The position numbers were made by a program, and so were the translations under genes. Source: Pseudomonas phage pPa_SNUABM_DT01. Taken from it: a stretch of DNA of 64,000 nucleotides. The stretch is taken from sequence record MW735835.1. One strand, written 5' to 3'. Within the stretch, counting starts at the first letter, position 1; every line of letters starts with the position of its first letter. Below are positions 29,501-38,182 of the stretch, in pieces. Below the pieces are notes generated by a model. The model worked only from the letters and a program-made list of their open reading frames with translations. It did not search any database and was not told the origin of the DNA.

Positions 29501-30912
29501 AGAACCTCAAGCAGAAAGAGATCATCACTTACGGTGGCCGTGGTGGCCGCAGTAGTCGGTCGATGACTGCTGAATCGCGTCTGTACAAGGAAAGCGACAT
29601 CGGGTTCATCTCGGAATCCACCGTGGACTCCGGTGACGTGGCGGTAATCACCTACATGTCGCCGAACGCGAACATCACCAGTGTGCGCGGCACGATTCGG
29701 AAGTACGATAAGGAAAAGGACGGCGCAGCTAACATCGTGTCGACCTCTGCCCTGATCTCTCCGTTTGCTGACCGAGACGACCCTAAGCGGGTGAACTTCA
29801 TCGGTATCCAGCAGTCTCACGTGATCTCTTCCGAGGGCTACCGTGAGTCCCCCATCAGCACCGGCTACGATCATGTTCTCGCTCACCGCGTGGATGAGAT
29901 CTTCGCCGTACCCGCCAGCAAGAACGGCGAGGTGGTGGAACGCACCGACGAGCACATCGTTGTTGCGTACGAAGATGGTACCTTCGAACACCTTGACCTG
30001 AGTACGCAGTACGGTATCTCGGCAGGGGCAGTCTACCCGCAGTACCAAGCCTCCACGTTCCAACTGGGCGACAAGGTCCAGAAGGGCGACATCCTCAAGT
30101 ACAACTCGGGCTTCTTCAAGCCGAGTCGTTTCCACCCACGTCAAGTGCAGTGGAAGGCTGGGGTCATCGCTCGGACGGCTTTGATGGAAGCCTCGTACAC
30201 CCTCGAGGACTCCTCGGCAATCGACGACTGGCTCGCCAAGCAATTGGGGTCGGAAGTCACCAAGGTCAAGACCATTGTTGTACGGTTTGACCAGACCATT
30301 CGGAACCTTGTCAAAGAAGGCGAGCATACGGACATCACCAGTATCCTATGCACGATTGAAGATGCTGTAACGGCGGATTCTGGACTCTTCTCTGACGATG
30401 ATCTCGACATCCTTCGCAAGATGGGCTCGGCTACTCCTCAAGCAGGGGCAGTTGGCGAAGTCTCGAAGATCGAGGTCTTCTACCACGGCGACCCGGACGA
30501 CATGTCGGATTCGCTGTTGGAGCTGGTGACCGCTCACGACAAACAACGCCGTAAGGCTGCGAAACGTCTGGGCATGGTTCCGTTCACCGGTCAGGTCGAC
30601 CAATCCCTTCGTATCGACGGGAACGGTCTGGAACTCGATCACGTTGCCATCAAGGTCTACATCACTCACCGTGAAGGCATGGGTGTCGGCGACAAGGCAG
30701 TGTTCTGTAACCAGATGAAGACAGTAGTGGGCCATCGTCTCGACGGGGTCAACGAAACTGCTGACGGGACAAAGATCAATGCCATCTTCGGTGCCAAGTC
30801 CGTAATGGACCGTATCGTCAGCTCGGCTTTGCTGATCGGCATGACGATCTCGACACTCACCGCTATTGGTGAGAAGGCCGCGGACATGTGGACTAACGTG
30901 TCCGAGCAGTGA
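26521..30912 (+). CDS. multisubunit RNA polymerase beta-like subunit, unsplit, 1463 aa
   Basis: Overlaps the upstream gene by 23 nt (translational coupling). Remote matches to bacterial beta from memory: YGGRGGRSSRSMTAESRLYKESDIGFISESTVDSGDV vs LGPGGLTRERAGFEVRD...CPIETPEGPNIGLI, and GDKAVFCNQMKTVVG vs GDKMAGRHGNKGVIS. Size is close to bacterial beta. Confidence 0.5.
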   Translation: MGVMFLYDRYVKLFGIRRLGEMENPRVRPIARFGLPRGTNFHYQPMNETELGPSGTSPVIAAAQRLVYIDHVPDLLAKEGNPRPTFKLLAPMMQQYRRENMQIRPMKDYDQAAKEPLNMIVVNYAMVSQMFKYQRSALSRWWAWRNLRGTQWERFNRMKTTHERHHIVVFDCPNSLPALSDLRKAERAMTPALMQVFNTRERLDLLDLFIWLGENRKSTPMGVLDESRLHEIDLIIRRETGFISINLGLLNSFRKAGAGVSMESFADQPVSEDFDFEETYQRYVSMEMAGDDTLDEDMQVSMEAAPGLDPKIIQLRFLKLLTKIIDQTNPIVTAPAEQQVEAMTEAKAEEEAAQAEEEQAQEEQLLAETGADELLVNEEEELAAALDEPAQPANDSELTDEDGNLIIETGNQNKEAEIQVVGTSNITHTLTSTIQSKIEDLVDKELITAAQYRRMQRLAESYKTMENPWDKSKTVEQSLEIPFEDLALQESENYPQMDAIRDQSMRQSTVEKMDSQYIEKVMKGDILNAVMSVQKAGIAVTGYEIETVKDAVSNYEIHRIQLTPVTGKPSTISFRVPIVDKRGVYISNGQRYRMRTQKADVPIRKVSPIRVALTSYYSKMFVERSQRATFNYDAWVGKQIIAKGLDPADTSITNVKVADVADYELDVPTAYTVIGSRVMSFEANGHYWFDYKNRERSRLFDMKLVEKIEAEHKGMIVCGRRDQRYITVDKDNAFYLLDEKTGQVTELGQIEDVLALQRDKSPVGMAEISIFGKIMPIGIALSYLLGLDRLLEMTKAKYRVVPLGTRLQMSDDEYAIKFLDETLVLEKSDVQSSLIFAGFLHYHKHIRSFSRHSFNAKDVYFNILEANGIGLRYMRELDLMNAMWVDPITKGILEWMKEPTEFVPLLIRAVELLVTRYVPQNVEGADGLVEGQERAKGYERIPGAIYGELVRSIRVYNSRSASNTSSVSMKPHEVWTNIVQDPASALVDDINPIQNLKQKEIITYGGRGGRSSRSMTAESRLYKESDIGFISESTVDSGDVAVITYMSPNANITSVRGTIRKYDKEKDGAANIVSTSALISPFADRDDPKRVNFIGIQQSHVISSEGYRESPISTGYDHVLAHRVDEIFAVPASKNGEVVERTDEHIVVAYEDGTFEHLDLSTQYGISAGAVYPQYQASTFQLGDKVQKGDILKYNSGFFKPSRFHPRQVQWKAGVIARTALMEASYTLEDSSAIDDWLAKQLGSEVTKVKTIVVRFDQTIRNLVKEGEHTDITSILCTIEDAVTADSGLFSDDDLDILRKMGSATPQAGAVGEVSKIEVFYHGDPDDMSDSLLELVTAHDKQRRKAAKRLGMVPFTGQVDQSLRIDGNGLELDHVAIKVYITHREGMGVGDKAVFCNQMKTVVGHRLDGVNETADGTKINAIFGAKSVMDRIVSSALLIGMTISTLTAIGEKAADMWTNVSEQ

Positions 30913-30992
30913 CAAAGTAGTCGATAGTCCGGGAGTCGCAAGGCTCCCGGACCTTCCTTTACAGCGCCTCGAATTTTCACAGGAACTTGCTC

Positions 30993-31187
30993 ATGAGCAA
31001 TGCCAACACCTTCGACAACCTCGCGGTCATCGCGGGGGCTGTTGACCTCTCCGTGGAGATCGTCAACAACCTGGCGGGTAACCTCGTCTCCAGTTATCTG
31101 GACGGCGCACCGGTGAACGACCGCACCATTGCTGCCATTGCAGCTGCCGACATCAACAACGTCATCGAGGGCCGCGACAATGCTTAA
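30993..31187 (+). CDS. small hypothetical protein, 64 aa
   Basis: SD AGGAA; ATGCTTAA overlap with the next gene. Confidence 0.45.
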   Translation: MSNANTFDNLAVIAGAVDLSVEIVNNLAGNLVSSYLDGAPVNDRTIAAIAAADINNVIEGRDNA

Positions 31188-32532
31188 CCGCATCGCTATT
31201 GAAGCCGCCCTGCCAGTCGCTCAGCGTCTGGACGAGCGCAAGCTGCGCGTTCTGCCTGACCAGAACACCCCGCTGCTGAGCCTGACCATGGCCGTGGACC
31301 ATACCCTGGTCGACAACGCCTTGGGCAACAACAGCGACATCGTGGCTGTCCTGCAATCCCGTTCCAACGGCGACGCCCACCGCGTGGCCAAGGCCGACAT
31401 CATCCGTCTGGCCTCCCTGTCCATCGCCCGTCTGCACGACGTGACCCGCACCACCGTGCTTCCCCACATCAAGGAAGTCGCTGCCAAGGTGCAGGAGTAC
31501 GTCAATGCCCGTCGCCTCGAGGCTTCCCTGCCTTATTCCGTGGTGATGCGTGAAGTGCCGCCGGTGTATTCCAACGCCGCGCTGCGCACCCTGGCCGAAC
31601 GCTATCCCGCTGCCTCGCAGCTGGACTACATCGTCCGCAACATCGCTCCGATCACTCTGGAGCGTGTGAAAGAACTGTGCAAGACCGGCATGGCTGGTTT
31701 CGACAGCGAACTCGACGTGACCCTGTCCCAGGGCAACAACGAAGGCTACGCTGAAGTGCTGCAAGTGCTGACCGGCGCCAAGGGCCCGCAGCAGATCTGC
31801 CCGGACTACCTGCCCGGTGTCCTGGTGACCGCTCAAGCTCTGTATGACGCCCCGGAACCCGGCGTGCAGATGACCCTCGTTGAATACAACGACCAGGTCA
31901 ACCGCCTGCTGGCCCGTACCGCTGCGCTGGTGAAAACCGCTCAGCTGCGTTACGACGAGCAAGAGAAGTTCGGCAGCCTCTACAGCGATCGTCCGCGCGA
32001 AAGCCTGACCGTCATCGAAGTGATGGGCAAGCCGTACCGCGCCCTGCTCGAGAAGGGCCTCACCCCTGAAGCACTGATCGGCAACGACATGTCCGGTCGT
32101 CGTTTCAAGGAAGGCGAACTGCTCGAGAAGAAAGCCCTGCTCGAGTCCGTCTACACCCGCGAGATGAACCTGCGTAGCGTCAAGGTACAGGCCGAGATGG
32201 CCGGTATCGTGCGCGATGCCATCAAGGTCGTCGTGGGCGAGTCCATGATCGAGAAGCAACTCGGCGAGAAGGCCGCCGATGCCAACGCTCGTCTGCTGCA
32301 ACTCGTGGCGAAGATCACCCCGCAGAACTGCGATGCTCTCAACCTGCTGGTCGAGGAAATCATCTGCGACGTGTTCTACCCGGAAACCGACGCCATCACC
32401 TTCATCCGCCTGATGAACCAGGCTGGTAAGGCCGTGGCCGAAGATACCGACCCGCGCGAGATCGCCCTGCTGGCGACCATCAAGTACGTCAACTACTGGC
32501 TCTGCCGGCAGATGGGCTTGGTGTCCGCTTAA
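31180..32532 (+). CDS. hypothetical protein, 450 aa
   Basis: Start coupled to the upstream small ORF. Confidence 0.6.
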   Translation: MLNRIAIEAALPVAQRLDERKLRVLPDQNTPLLSLTMAVDHTLVDNALGNNSDIVAVLQSRSNGDAHRVAKADIIRLASLSIARLHDVTRTTVLPHIKEVAAKVQEYVNARRLEASLPYSVVMREVPPVYSNAALRTLAERYPAASQLDYIVRNIAPITLERVKELCKTGMAGFDSELDVTLSQGNNEGYAEVLQVLTGAKGPQQICPDYLPGVLVTAQALYDAPEPGVQMTLVEYNDQVNRLLARTAALVKTAQLRYDEQEKFGSLYSDRPRESLTVIEVMGKPYRALLEKGLTPEALIGNDMSGRRFKEGELLEKKALLESVYTREMNLRSVKVQAEMAGIVRDAIKVVVGESMIEKQLGEKAADANARLLQLVAKITPQNCDALNLLVEEIICDVFYPETDAITFIRLMNQAGKAVAEDTDPREIALLATIKYVNYWLCRQMGLVSA

Positions 32533-32542
32533 CTACGTCACC

Positions 32543-32568
32543 AGCCGGAGGGGTAAAACCCTCCGGCT
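32543..32568 (+). terminator. hairpin (no U-tract)
   Basis: Stem AGCCGGAGGG / CCCTCCGGCT (loop gtaaaa) directly after stop 32532. Confidence 0.4.
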
Positions 32569-32586
32569 ATCATCAGGATTTTCGCA

Positions 32587-33318
32587 ATGAGCATTAAATC
32601 GAGCCAGTTCATCCGAGACGCTGCCCGTGTCCACAAGGCCTGGGAGAAAACCTCTGAAGGGTCGATGGTGGCGCTGAAGCCGTTGAAGGTGTACATCCCT
32701 GCTCGGTTCCCTCAGCGCGAGTTGGCCTTGTTCGAAGACGAGATCACCTTCGTCGGTATCTGTGCAGTCGTGTTGGAAGACAAGTACTACATGGCTTCAC
32801 GGATCTGTGCTCCGATCCGCAGTGAACCCACGCTGGTCAACAACGTGGTGATTGATGATGTCGAGTACATCGAGATGCAGTACGAACCGGGCGACCGAGT
32901 CATTTGCTCCGAAGACCTCGTCATGATCGACAACCTGCTGTATCGGATCTACGACGAGATCATCGCGAAAGGGCGCGTACCGTGGTACGTCTCTTACCGC
33001 GAACTGGGTGGCATCTTTGCTACCTCGTTGAAGCACGCTGGTGTCCGCGTGGGTAAAACCCCCACGGTGATGGAGATCATTGCCAGTGCTATTTGCCGTG
33101 ACTCTGAGGACCTCAGACGGTATTACCGTCAAACCGTGGAAACTTATGAGGATATCACGGCGAATCCGCCTACCATCATTCCGCTCCGTAACGTCAGCTA
33201 CGGTGCCACCAACACCATCGCAAAGCTAACCGGTTCTCGCTTCGACGAAGGTATGACCGCTGCAATCGTCAACCCCGGCGAGCGTGTCGAGAGAACCGAG
33301 CGGGTACTCCGAACGTAA
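32587..33318 (+). CDS. hypothetical protein, 243 aa
   Basis: SD AGGA upstream of the ATG. Confidence 0.6.
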   Translation: MSIKSSQFIRDAARVHKAWEKTSEGSMVALKPLKVYIPARFPQRELALFEDEITFVGICAVVLEDKYYMASRICAPIRSEPTLVNNVVIDDVEYIEMQYEPGDRVICSEDLVMIDNLLYRIYDEIIAKGRVPWYVSYRELGGIFATSLKHAGVRVGKTPTVMEIIASAICRDSEDLRRYYRQTVETYEDITANPPTIIPLRNVSYGATNTIAKLTGSRFDEGMTAAIVNPGERVERTERVLRT

Positions 33319-33330
33319 AAGGATTCCGAC

Positions 33331-34116
33331 ATGGAACGAATCATTTATCAATGTAACGTGTTGAAGGGCATCAATAAGGTTGGGGACCTGAAGAAGCTCG
33401 ACAACGGTTACGTAGAAGTGCGCCTGGGGGCCATCGGGGCCTTCAACAGCGCAGGTTGGCTCTACCGTGAGGAAGAGGGCCGTCGTCTGCTCGAGGGTTC
33501 GGGCGGTCTGATGCGCATGATCAACCAGAACAACACCCTGCGTGGTGAGTGCGGCCATCCGCGCTTCCAGCCGGGCATGAGCCAACTGGCTTGGTTCACC
33601 CGTGTCAACGACATCTTCGAACCGAACACCTGCTTCCACATGCGCCGCCTGATGCTGGCGCCTGGCAAGGACGAGCAGGGTCGTCCGGTCACCGACGTGC
33701 TGGCTGAAGTCCGTGCCTCGGGTAAAGAAAGTGCTTGGTTCGACAAGCAGCTGGAGAACCGTGACGAGAACGTCTGCTTCTCCATCCGTTCCTTCACCGA
33801 AGACAAGGTCATCGGCGGCGTCAAGACCAAGCTGCTGAAAAAGATCGTGACCTGGGACACCGTCAACGAGCCTGGCATCGCCAACTCGTCCAAGTACGGT
33901 ACCCCGTCGCTCGAATCGGCCTCGTCCGACATCATCCTGCCGGAAGCCGAGCTGGAACACGCCTTCTTCGTCGACGCTCTGCGTACCGAAGCCAAAGCCC
34001 TGCCGGTCGGCGTGGGTGAAGGTGTCAGCTTCGAGAGCGGCAGCAACGTCATGTCCCTCATTGCTGAGATCGAGCGTCCTATCCGGGCCTTCGTTCCCAG
34101 TTCCTGGAGGTGGTAA
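33331..34116 (+). CDS. hypothetical protein, 261 aa
   Basis: SD AAGGA upstream of the ATG. Confidence 0.6.
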   Translation: MERIIYQCNVLKGINKVGDLKKLDNGYVEVRLGAIGAFNSAGWLYREEEGRRLLEGSGGLMRMINQNNTLRGECGHPRFQPGMSQLAWFTRVNDIFEPNTCFHMRRLMLAPGKDEQGRPVTDVLAEVRASGKESAWFDKQLENRDENVCFSIRSFTEDKVIGGVKTKLLKKIVTWDTVNEPGIANSSKYGTPSLESASSDIILPEAELEHAFFVDALRTEAKALPVGVGEGVSFESGSNVMSLIAEIERPIRAFVPSSWRW

Positions 34117-35406
34117 ATGCAAGACTCCATCAACTCGGCGTTGGTGGGGGCTGCTGACCAGCTGGAGTCGGAGATTTCTCTGGCTCCAGCCCTTCCCGTT
34201 ATTTCTGAGTTGGCCGATATCGAGGACAGTCGTCTTCTCCTCGAAGGTTGCGTCGAACAGATGACCATGGCCGATGGTTCGGTCGTGGATGTACTGGAAG
34301 CTGAGCAGACCTACCGTGATTGGCGAGCGAACCACACCGACCTGGTGCCTGGTCACGCCGTTACTGGTGATGCGCTGGTGGATGAAATCCGCGCCACCAT
34401 GGAGATGCTGAACAATCCGTCGATGGAATCGGATCTGGTGCAGCAGCTCAAACGTACCTTCTTCTCTATGTCGACGGCCATGAAGACCTTCGGCAAGAAC
34501 CTGGTGGATATCAAGGCTGCGCTGGGCACCAAGAAGACCGCCATTGCTGCCAACCCGGTCCTGATTGGGTCGCCTGCTGCGTACGGGTTCCTGACCCGTG
34601 ACAACAAGGCAGTGGACATCGGCAGCACTTCGCTGGACGAGGACATCAAGTTCATCGATCTGGCCACCGAGCACTACCAGCGCATGTTCGACAAGTCGGC
34701 TGAGCTGGGTAAACGGTTCCGTGAAGCTTGCACCAGTGACAGCAACGAGAACATCCGTGAGGCCATCGACTTCTTCGATGACAACATGGTGGACCGCAGT
34801 CAGCTGGAAGACCTCACCAAGTTTCATCTGCTGGGTAACCGTACTGTCTACCTGGACAAGCATGGCTACCCGCAGTTCAAGAAGTCGGGCAATATCTGGA
34901 AAGCCGCCTTCGGTGAATCCGGTGGTCTGATGCCTGCATTGGCGAAGAAAAAGGTCCATGGCTTTGCTATCGGCGGTCCGCTGAAGGCAGTCTCGGTCCC
35001 GGGCATGAACGACGTGGCAGCGAAACGCCAGGTCAACGCAGCCATCAAAGCCAGTGGTGGGGAAACCGCAGTCGGCGAGTTCATGAGCACCTTGGACAAA
35101 GCCATCCTGCTGAACAACCGTGCTGTCAGGTTTGCACAAATGGCAGCATCGATGAGTGAGCGCGTGCAGCGCCTCTCGGCTGACATGGAAGACGCGTACG
35201 ACCATGTCAACGACGAAAAGGTACTGCATGAGAACCTCATCCGTATTCGGGAACTTCGGTCGCTGTACCGCACTGGTCGTCGGACTGTAGCGCAGTACAT
35301 GTTCCTGGGTAAAGCCATCGCCACCATGATGGAAGACCATGCGTCTTACGTTTACCGCAACATCACTCTTATCGCCAACGACGTCCTGAAGAAGGCATCG
35401 AAATAA
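34117..35406 (+). CDS. hypothetical protein, 429 aa
   Basis: Start abuts the previous stop (TAAATG); SD GGAGG. Confidence 0.6.
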   Translation: MQDSINSALVGAADQLESEISLAPALPVISELADIEDSRLLLEGCVEQMTMADGSVVDVLEAEQTYRDWRANHTDLVPGHAVTGDALVDEIRATMEMLNNPSMESDLVQQLKRTFFSMSTAMKTFGKNLVDIKAALGTKKTAIAANPVLIGSPAAYGFLTRDNKAVDIGSTSLDEDIKFIDLATEHYQRMFDKSAELGKRFREACTSDSNENIREAIDFFDDNMVDRSQLEDLTKFHLLGNRTVYLDKHGYPQFKKSGNIWKAAFGESGGLMPALAKKKVHGFAIGGPLKAVSVPGMNDVAAKRQVNAAIKASGGETAVGEFMSTLDKAILLNNRAVRFAQMAASMSERVQRLSADMEDAYDHVNDEKVLHENLIRIRELRSLYRTGRRTVAQYMFLGKAIATMMEDHASYVYRNITLIANDVLKKASK

Positions 35407-35417
35407 GGAATTGCGCC

Positions 35418-36677
35418 ATGCGCCAAAACTCCATCCTGCAACACGCACTGAACGTGTCTGTTGAATCCCAGCAGGCCGATGCGGCCATTGAAGAGCTGGT
35501 CAGCGAACAAGCCATCGAAGGCATCATGCCGGCTCCCCAAGCGCTCGAAGAGATCGCTCAGGTAGAAGGCGACATCGAGACCCTCGACCAGGTCGAACAA
35601 ACCCTGGGTAGCGACGGCGTATCCCTCGAGTCCCTGGCCCACGCCCGCGGCATCATCGACGCCATCGGCCTGCGCTACGGCGCCACCAGCACCTACGCTT
35701 CCATGGAATCGGCCGACGACTACCGCCTGAACAAGGACGCGATCCTGGCCGATCTCCAGCAGTACCGCACCGGCCTGGAAAGCCACATCACCGCTTCGAT
35801 GGAAGGTTTCTTCCTGGCCGGTAACAGCCTGAAGAACATCGGTAAGAATATCGATGTGATGAAGAAGACCATCACCGTCCTCAAGTCCAGCGAAAACGAA
35901 AAGATCAAAGAGATCAAGTTCGGCACGCTGAAGCTCTTCCTGCGCATCGGCGGCGGTTTCCCGCAAGACCTGCCGCGTGCCATCAAGGAAGTGGGCCGGG
36001 GCCTGGAACTGGCCAACAAGCACTCCGATGACGTCCTGGGCGCTGCGCAACGTGCTGCCGAGATCGCCATCAAGACCGACTGGTCTGACCTGAACGCTGC
36101 CGACAAGGCCCGTGAGCAGATCAAGGGTATCAACCTGGACCTGGCCAAGATCTCCTCCGATCTGAACGGTTTCCCGATGTTCGGCAACCGTGCCTTCGGT
36201 GTGAAGATCAAAGGTGACGCCGGTGAGCTGGGCGAGTGGAACAAGAAGTACTCCTTCGGCGCTGGCACCCCCAACGCTGGCTTCCTGCGCACCACCATCA
36301 TGATGGTAGGTCTGGCCCTGAGCCTGACCTTCAGCCCGCTGGGCGGCATCCTGATCATCGTGGCTGCCGGTAACGCCGGTGGCGGCAAGCGCGAGATCCC
36401 GATCAAGGACTTCGCTGCTGGTCTGAGTGACTACGCCAAGTCCGCTGAGAAGGTGTACGCTCAGCGCGGCAACGCCATCAAGAAGAGCACTGTCCACAAG
36501 AAGCTCATGGGCGACCTGAAGAACGTCAAGGGCCTGCCCAAGGACGTCCGCAAGGCCATCGCTCGCGCTTCCAGCTTCGGCTGGAGCATCTCCAACGGCG
36601 TCTACGACGTTGTGGAGCACAGCGTCTACGCACTGGCTGCTGCCAGCGTGAAAGCTGCCTACAACACCGACGACTGA
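35418..36677 (+). CDS. hypothetical protein with a TM segment, 419 aa (probable structural)
   Basis: SD AAGGA; hydrophobic stretch TTIMMVGLALSLTFSPLGGILIIVAAG. Confidence 0.6.
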   Translation: MRQNSILQHALNVSVESQQADAAIEELVSEQAIEGIMPAPQALEEIAQVEGDIETLDQVEQTLGSDGVSLESLAHARGIIDAIGLRYGATSTYASMESADDYRLNKDAILADLQQYRTGLESHITASMEGFFLAGNSLKNIGKNIDVMKKTITVLKSSENEKIKEIKFGTLKLFLRIGGGFPQDLPRAIKEVGRGLELANKHSDDVLGAAQRAAEIAIKTDWSDLNAADKAREQIKGINLDLAKISSDLNGFPMFGNRAFGVKIKGDAGELGEWNKKYSFGAGTPNAGFLRTTIMMVGLALSLTFSPLGGILIIVAAGNAGGGKREIPIKDFAAGLSDYAKSAEKVYAQRGNAIKKSTVHKKLMGDLKNVKGLPKDVRKAIARASSFGWSISNGVYDVVEHSVYALAAASVKAAYNTDD

Positions 36678-36684
36678 TCGTCAA

Positions 36685-36718
36685 CATACAGGGAGGAGCC
36701 TAGGCTCCTCCCTGTATG
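36685..36718 (+). terminator. terminator hairpin fused to TATGCCG motif
   Basis: Stem CATACAGGGAGGAGC / GCTCCTCCCTGTATG (loop ctag). The 3' arm ends in TATG, continuing as TATGCCGTGTG. Confidence 0.55.
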
Positions 36719-36730
36719 CCGTGTGTTCGA

Positions 36731-36770
36731 TTCGATTCCAATATTTTTCAATGATACATGATACCAGTGA
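36731..36770 (+). promoter_or_regulatory. copy 2 of conserved AT-rich upstream element
   Basis: TTCGATTCCAATATTTTTCAATGATACATGATACCAGTGA; 45 nt upstream of ATG 36816. Confidence 0.5.
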
Positions 36771-36815
36771 CTAAGGAGAATAATCTCCCTTAACCATCTC
36801 CCTGGAGGAGTTATC

Positions 36816-36956
36816 ATGAAAGAGTTCCTGCTGCTTAGTGTAGGTGTTGGTCTGGGTTTCTGGCTCCGTGGTCGTTTCGACGCTGAGAAGAAGCTGAAGG
36901 AAGAGAACATCATCCTTCGCAACAAACTGAAACCCGAAGAAAACAAAGGCGAATAA
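36816..36956 (+). CDS. small single-TM protein, 46 aa
   Basis: MKEFLLLSVGVGLGFWLRGRFDAEKKLKEENIILRNKLKPEENKGE; SD GGAGGAG. Below the 60-aa cutoff of the ORF track. Confidence 0.4.
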   Translation: MKEFLLLSVGVGLGFWLRGRFDAEKKLKEENIILRNKLKPEENKGE

Positions 36957-36958
36957 CC

Positions 36959-37096
36959 ATGGTCGGCTTTAACCCCTGGATCGACACCGCGATCATCTGC
37001 GCTCTCATGGCCATCTGCGCCCTCGGCTGGTATGCTGAGGTCAAGTGGAACAAGCGCAAGCAATCCCAACTGCGTGGCGCTACCCGCGTCGCGTAA
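36959..37096 (+). CDS. small single-TM protein, 45 aa
   Basis: MVGFNPWIDTAIICALMAICALGWYAEVKWNKRKQSQLRGATRVA; starts 3 nt after the previous stop. Confidence 0.35.
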   Translation: MVGFNPWIDTAIICALMAICALGWYAEVKWNKRKQSQLRGATRVA

Positions 37097-37152
37097 CAAC
37101 CCCGCAACACAAACCCAACGCAATACCCTTTCCACTACTGGAGATACGTAAC

Positions 37153-37425
37153 ATGGCATTCCTCGAAACCCTGAAGCAACTCGGTCAAGTCGTCGTCGAA
37201 GGCGTCAAGAACCATCCCATCGCTGCCGCCGGCATCGGCGTAGGCACTGTCGCCACCATCGGTGGTGTCAGCTACTACCGCCATCGCAAAGGCAAGAAGC
37301 TGGCCGAAGCTGCCATGACCACCCTCGGTTATGACAAGAACAACCCGGCCCAGCCTCTGGCTGAACCCGCCGTCGCTGCTGCTGAAGCTGCCCCCGCTCC
37401 CACCGAGCCGGCGCCTCAGCAGTAA
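37153..37425 (+). CDS. small membrane protein with Gly-zipper TM and Ala/Pro-rich tail, 90 aa
   Basis: MAFLETLKQLGQVVVEGVKNHPIAAAGIGVGTVATIGGVSYY...; the track ORF 37045.. starts too early. Confidence 0.5.
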   Translation: MAFLETLKQLGQVVVEGVKNHPIAAAGIGVGTVATIGGVSYYRHRKGKKLAEAAMTTLGYDKNNPAQPLAEPAVAAAEAAPAPTEPAPQQ

Positions 37426-37440
37426 CGACCACCGAAAGAA

Positions 37441-37467
37441 AGGGCCTCCGGGCCCCTTCTTTTTTGC
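37441..37467 (+). terminator. intrinsic terminator
   Basis: GC stem AGGGCC / GGCCCC (loop tccg) followed by TTCTTTTTTG. Confidence 0.5.
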
Positions 37468-37478
37468 CCTGAGAGATT

Positions 37479-37509
37479 CCATTCAAGGAATTCTCAGAGA
37501 TACATTATC
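37479..37509 (+). promoter_or_regulatory. copy 7 (divergent) of AT-rich element
   Basis: CCATTCAAGGAATTCTCAGAGATACATTATC; about 100 nt upstream of ATG 37613. Confidence 0.35.
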
Positions 37510-37612
37510 AACGTGTATATTGGAAGCAGTGCGTAAATAAAAACGCAACGCGCTGAAGATGTGCGACAACACGTGTTGATCGATCATTTCTACATCCCTA
37601 GGAGTTACACCA

Positions 37613-38092
37613 ATGAGTGAAGTTCTGAACAAAGTCAGCCAGGCCATGAAAGACGTCGCCGCTCAATTCGAGAGCGCTGTTGGTTTCGACGACGATGGCG
37701 CAGCTGTACTGCCCGAGACCTGGGTCAAGGACAACCTGGCACTGGCCTCCGGTAGCGAAGAGCTGAGCCTCGAGACCGTCAACCTGGTGCAGAACACCGA
37801 AGCCACCTTCGCCGGCGGCATCGCCCTGGGTCTGGGTAACTCCGGCCTCAAGCGCATGCAGGAAAAAGCCGACCTGGAACGCGTCTCCGCCTCCGTCGAC
37901 TTCGGCAGCAACACCATCCGCGCCTCCGTCGATCGCCAGATCATGGTCCGTGCACCGGGCTCCACCGAAGAGAAGCCGAAGCACGGCAACGTCTCCGTCA
38001 AGCTCGATTCCGGCGCTGCCGCGAAGAAAGGCGACCTGAAGCGCGTCGTTACCCACGTGAACGAAGCCTTCACCGCCGCCTTCAGCAAATAA
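37613..38092 (+). CDS. hypothetical protein, 159 aa
   Basis: Strong SD TAGGAG; followed by a terminator. Confidence 0.65.
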   Translation: MSEVLNKVSQAMKDVAAQFESAVGFDDDGAAVLPETWVKDNLALASGSEELSLETVNLVQNTEATFAGGIALGLGNSGLKRMQEKADLERVSASVDFGSNTIRASVDRQIMVRAPGSTEEKPKHGNVSVKLDSGAAAKKGDLKRVVTHVNEAFTAAFSK

Positions 38093-38110
38093 GCTGATCG
38101 CCCCGGCCCG

Positions 38111-38160
38111 CATCCAGCCGCTCTCGTAGCGGCTGGATGTTTATGCCCTTAATTTTTTCT
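38111..38160 (+). terminator. intrinsic terminator followed by TTTATGCCC
   Basis: Stem CATCCAGCCGC / GCGGCTGGATG (loop tctcgta), then tttatgcccttaattttttc. Confidence 0.55.
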
Positions 38161-38182
38161 CTGATACCAAGGACGCACCACC

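Noticed and set aside
27892-30327. 811-aa reverse ORF (plus 26515-27873 reverse, 452 aa)
   Set aside because: Antisense to the RNAP beta-like gene, which carries polymerase-like motifs. Shadow-type composition.
33226-35448. 740-aa reverse ORF
   Set aside because: Antisense to three tightly coupled forward genes that have strong SDs. Shadow composition.
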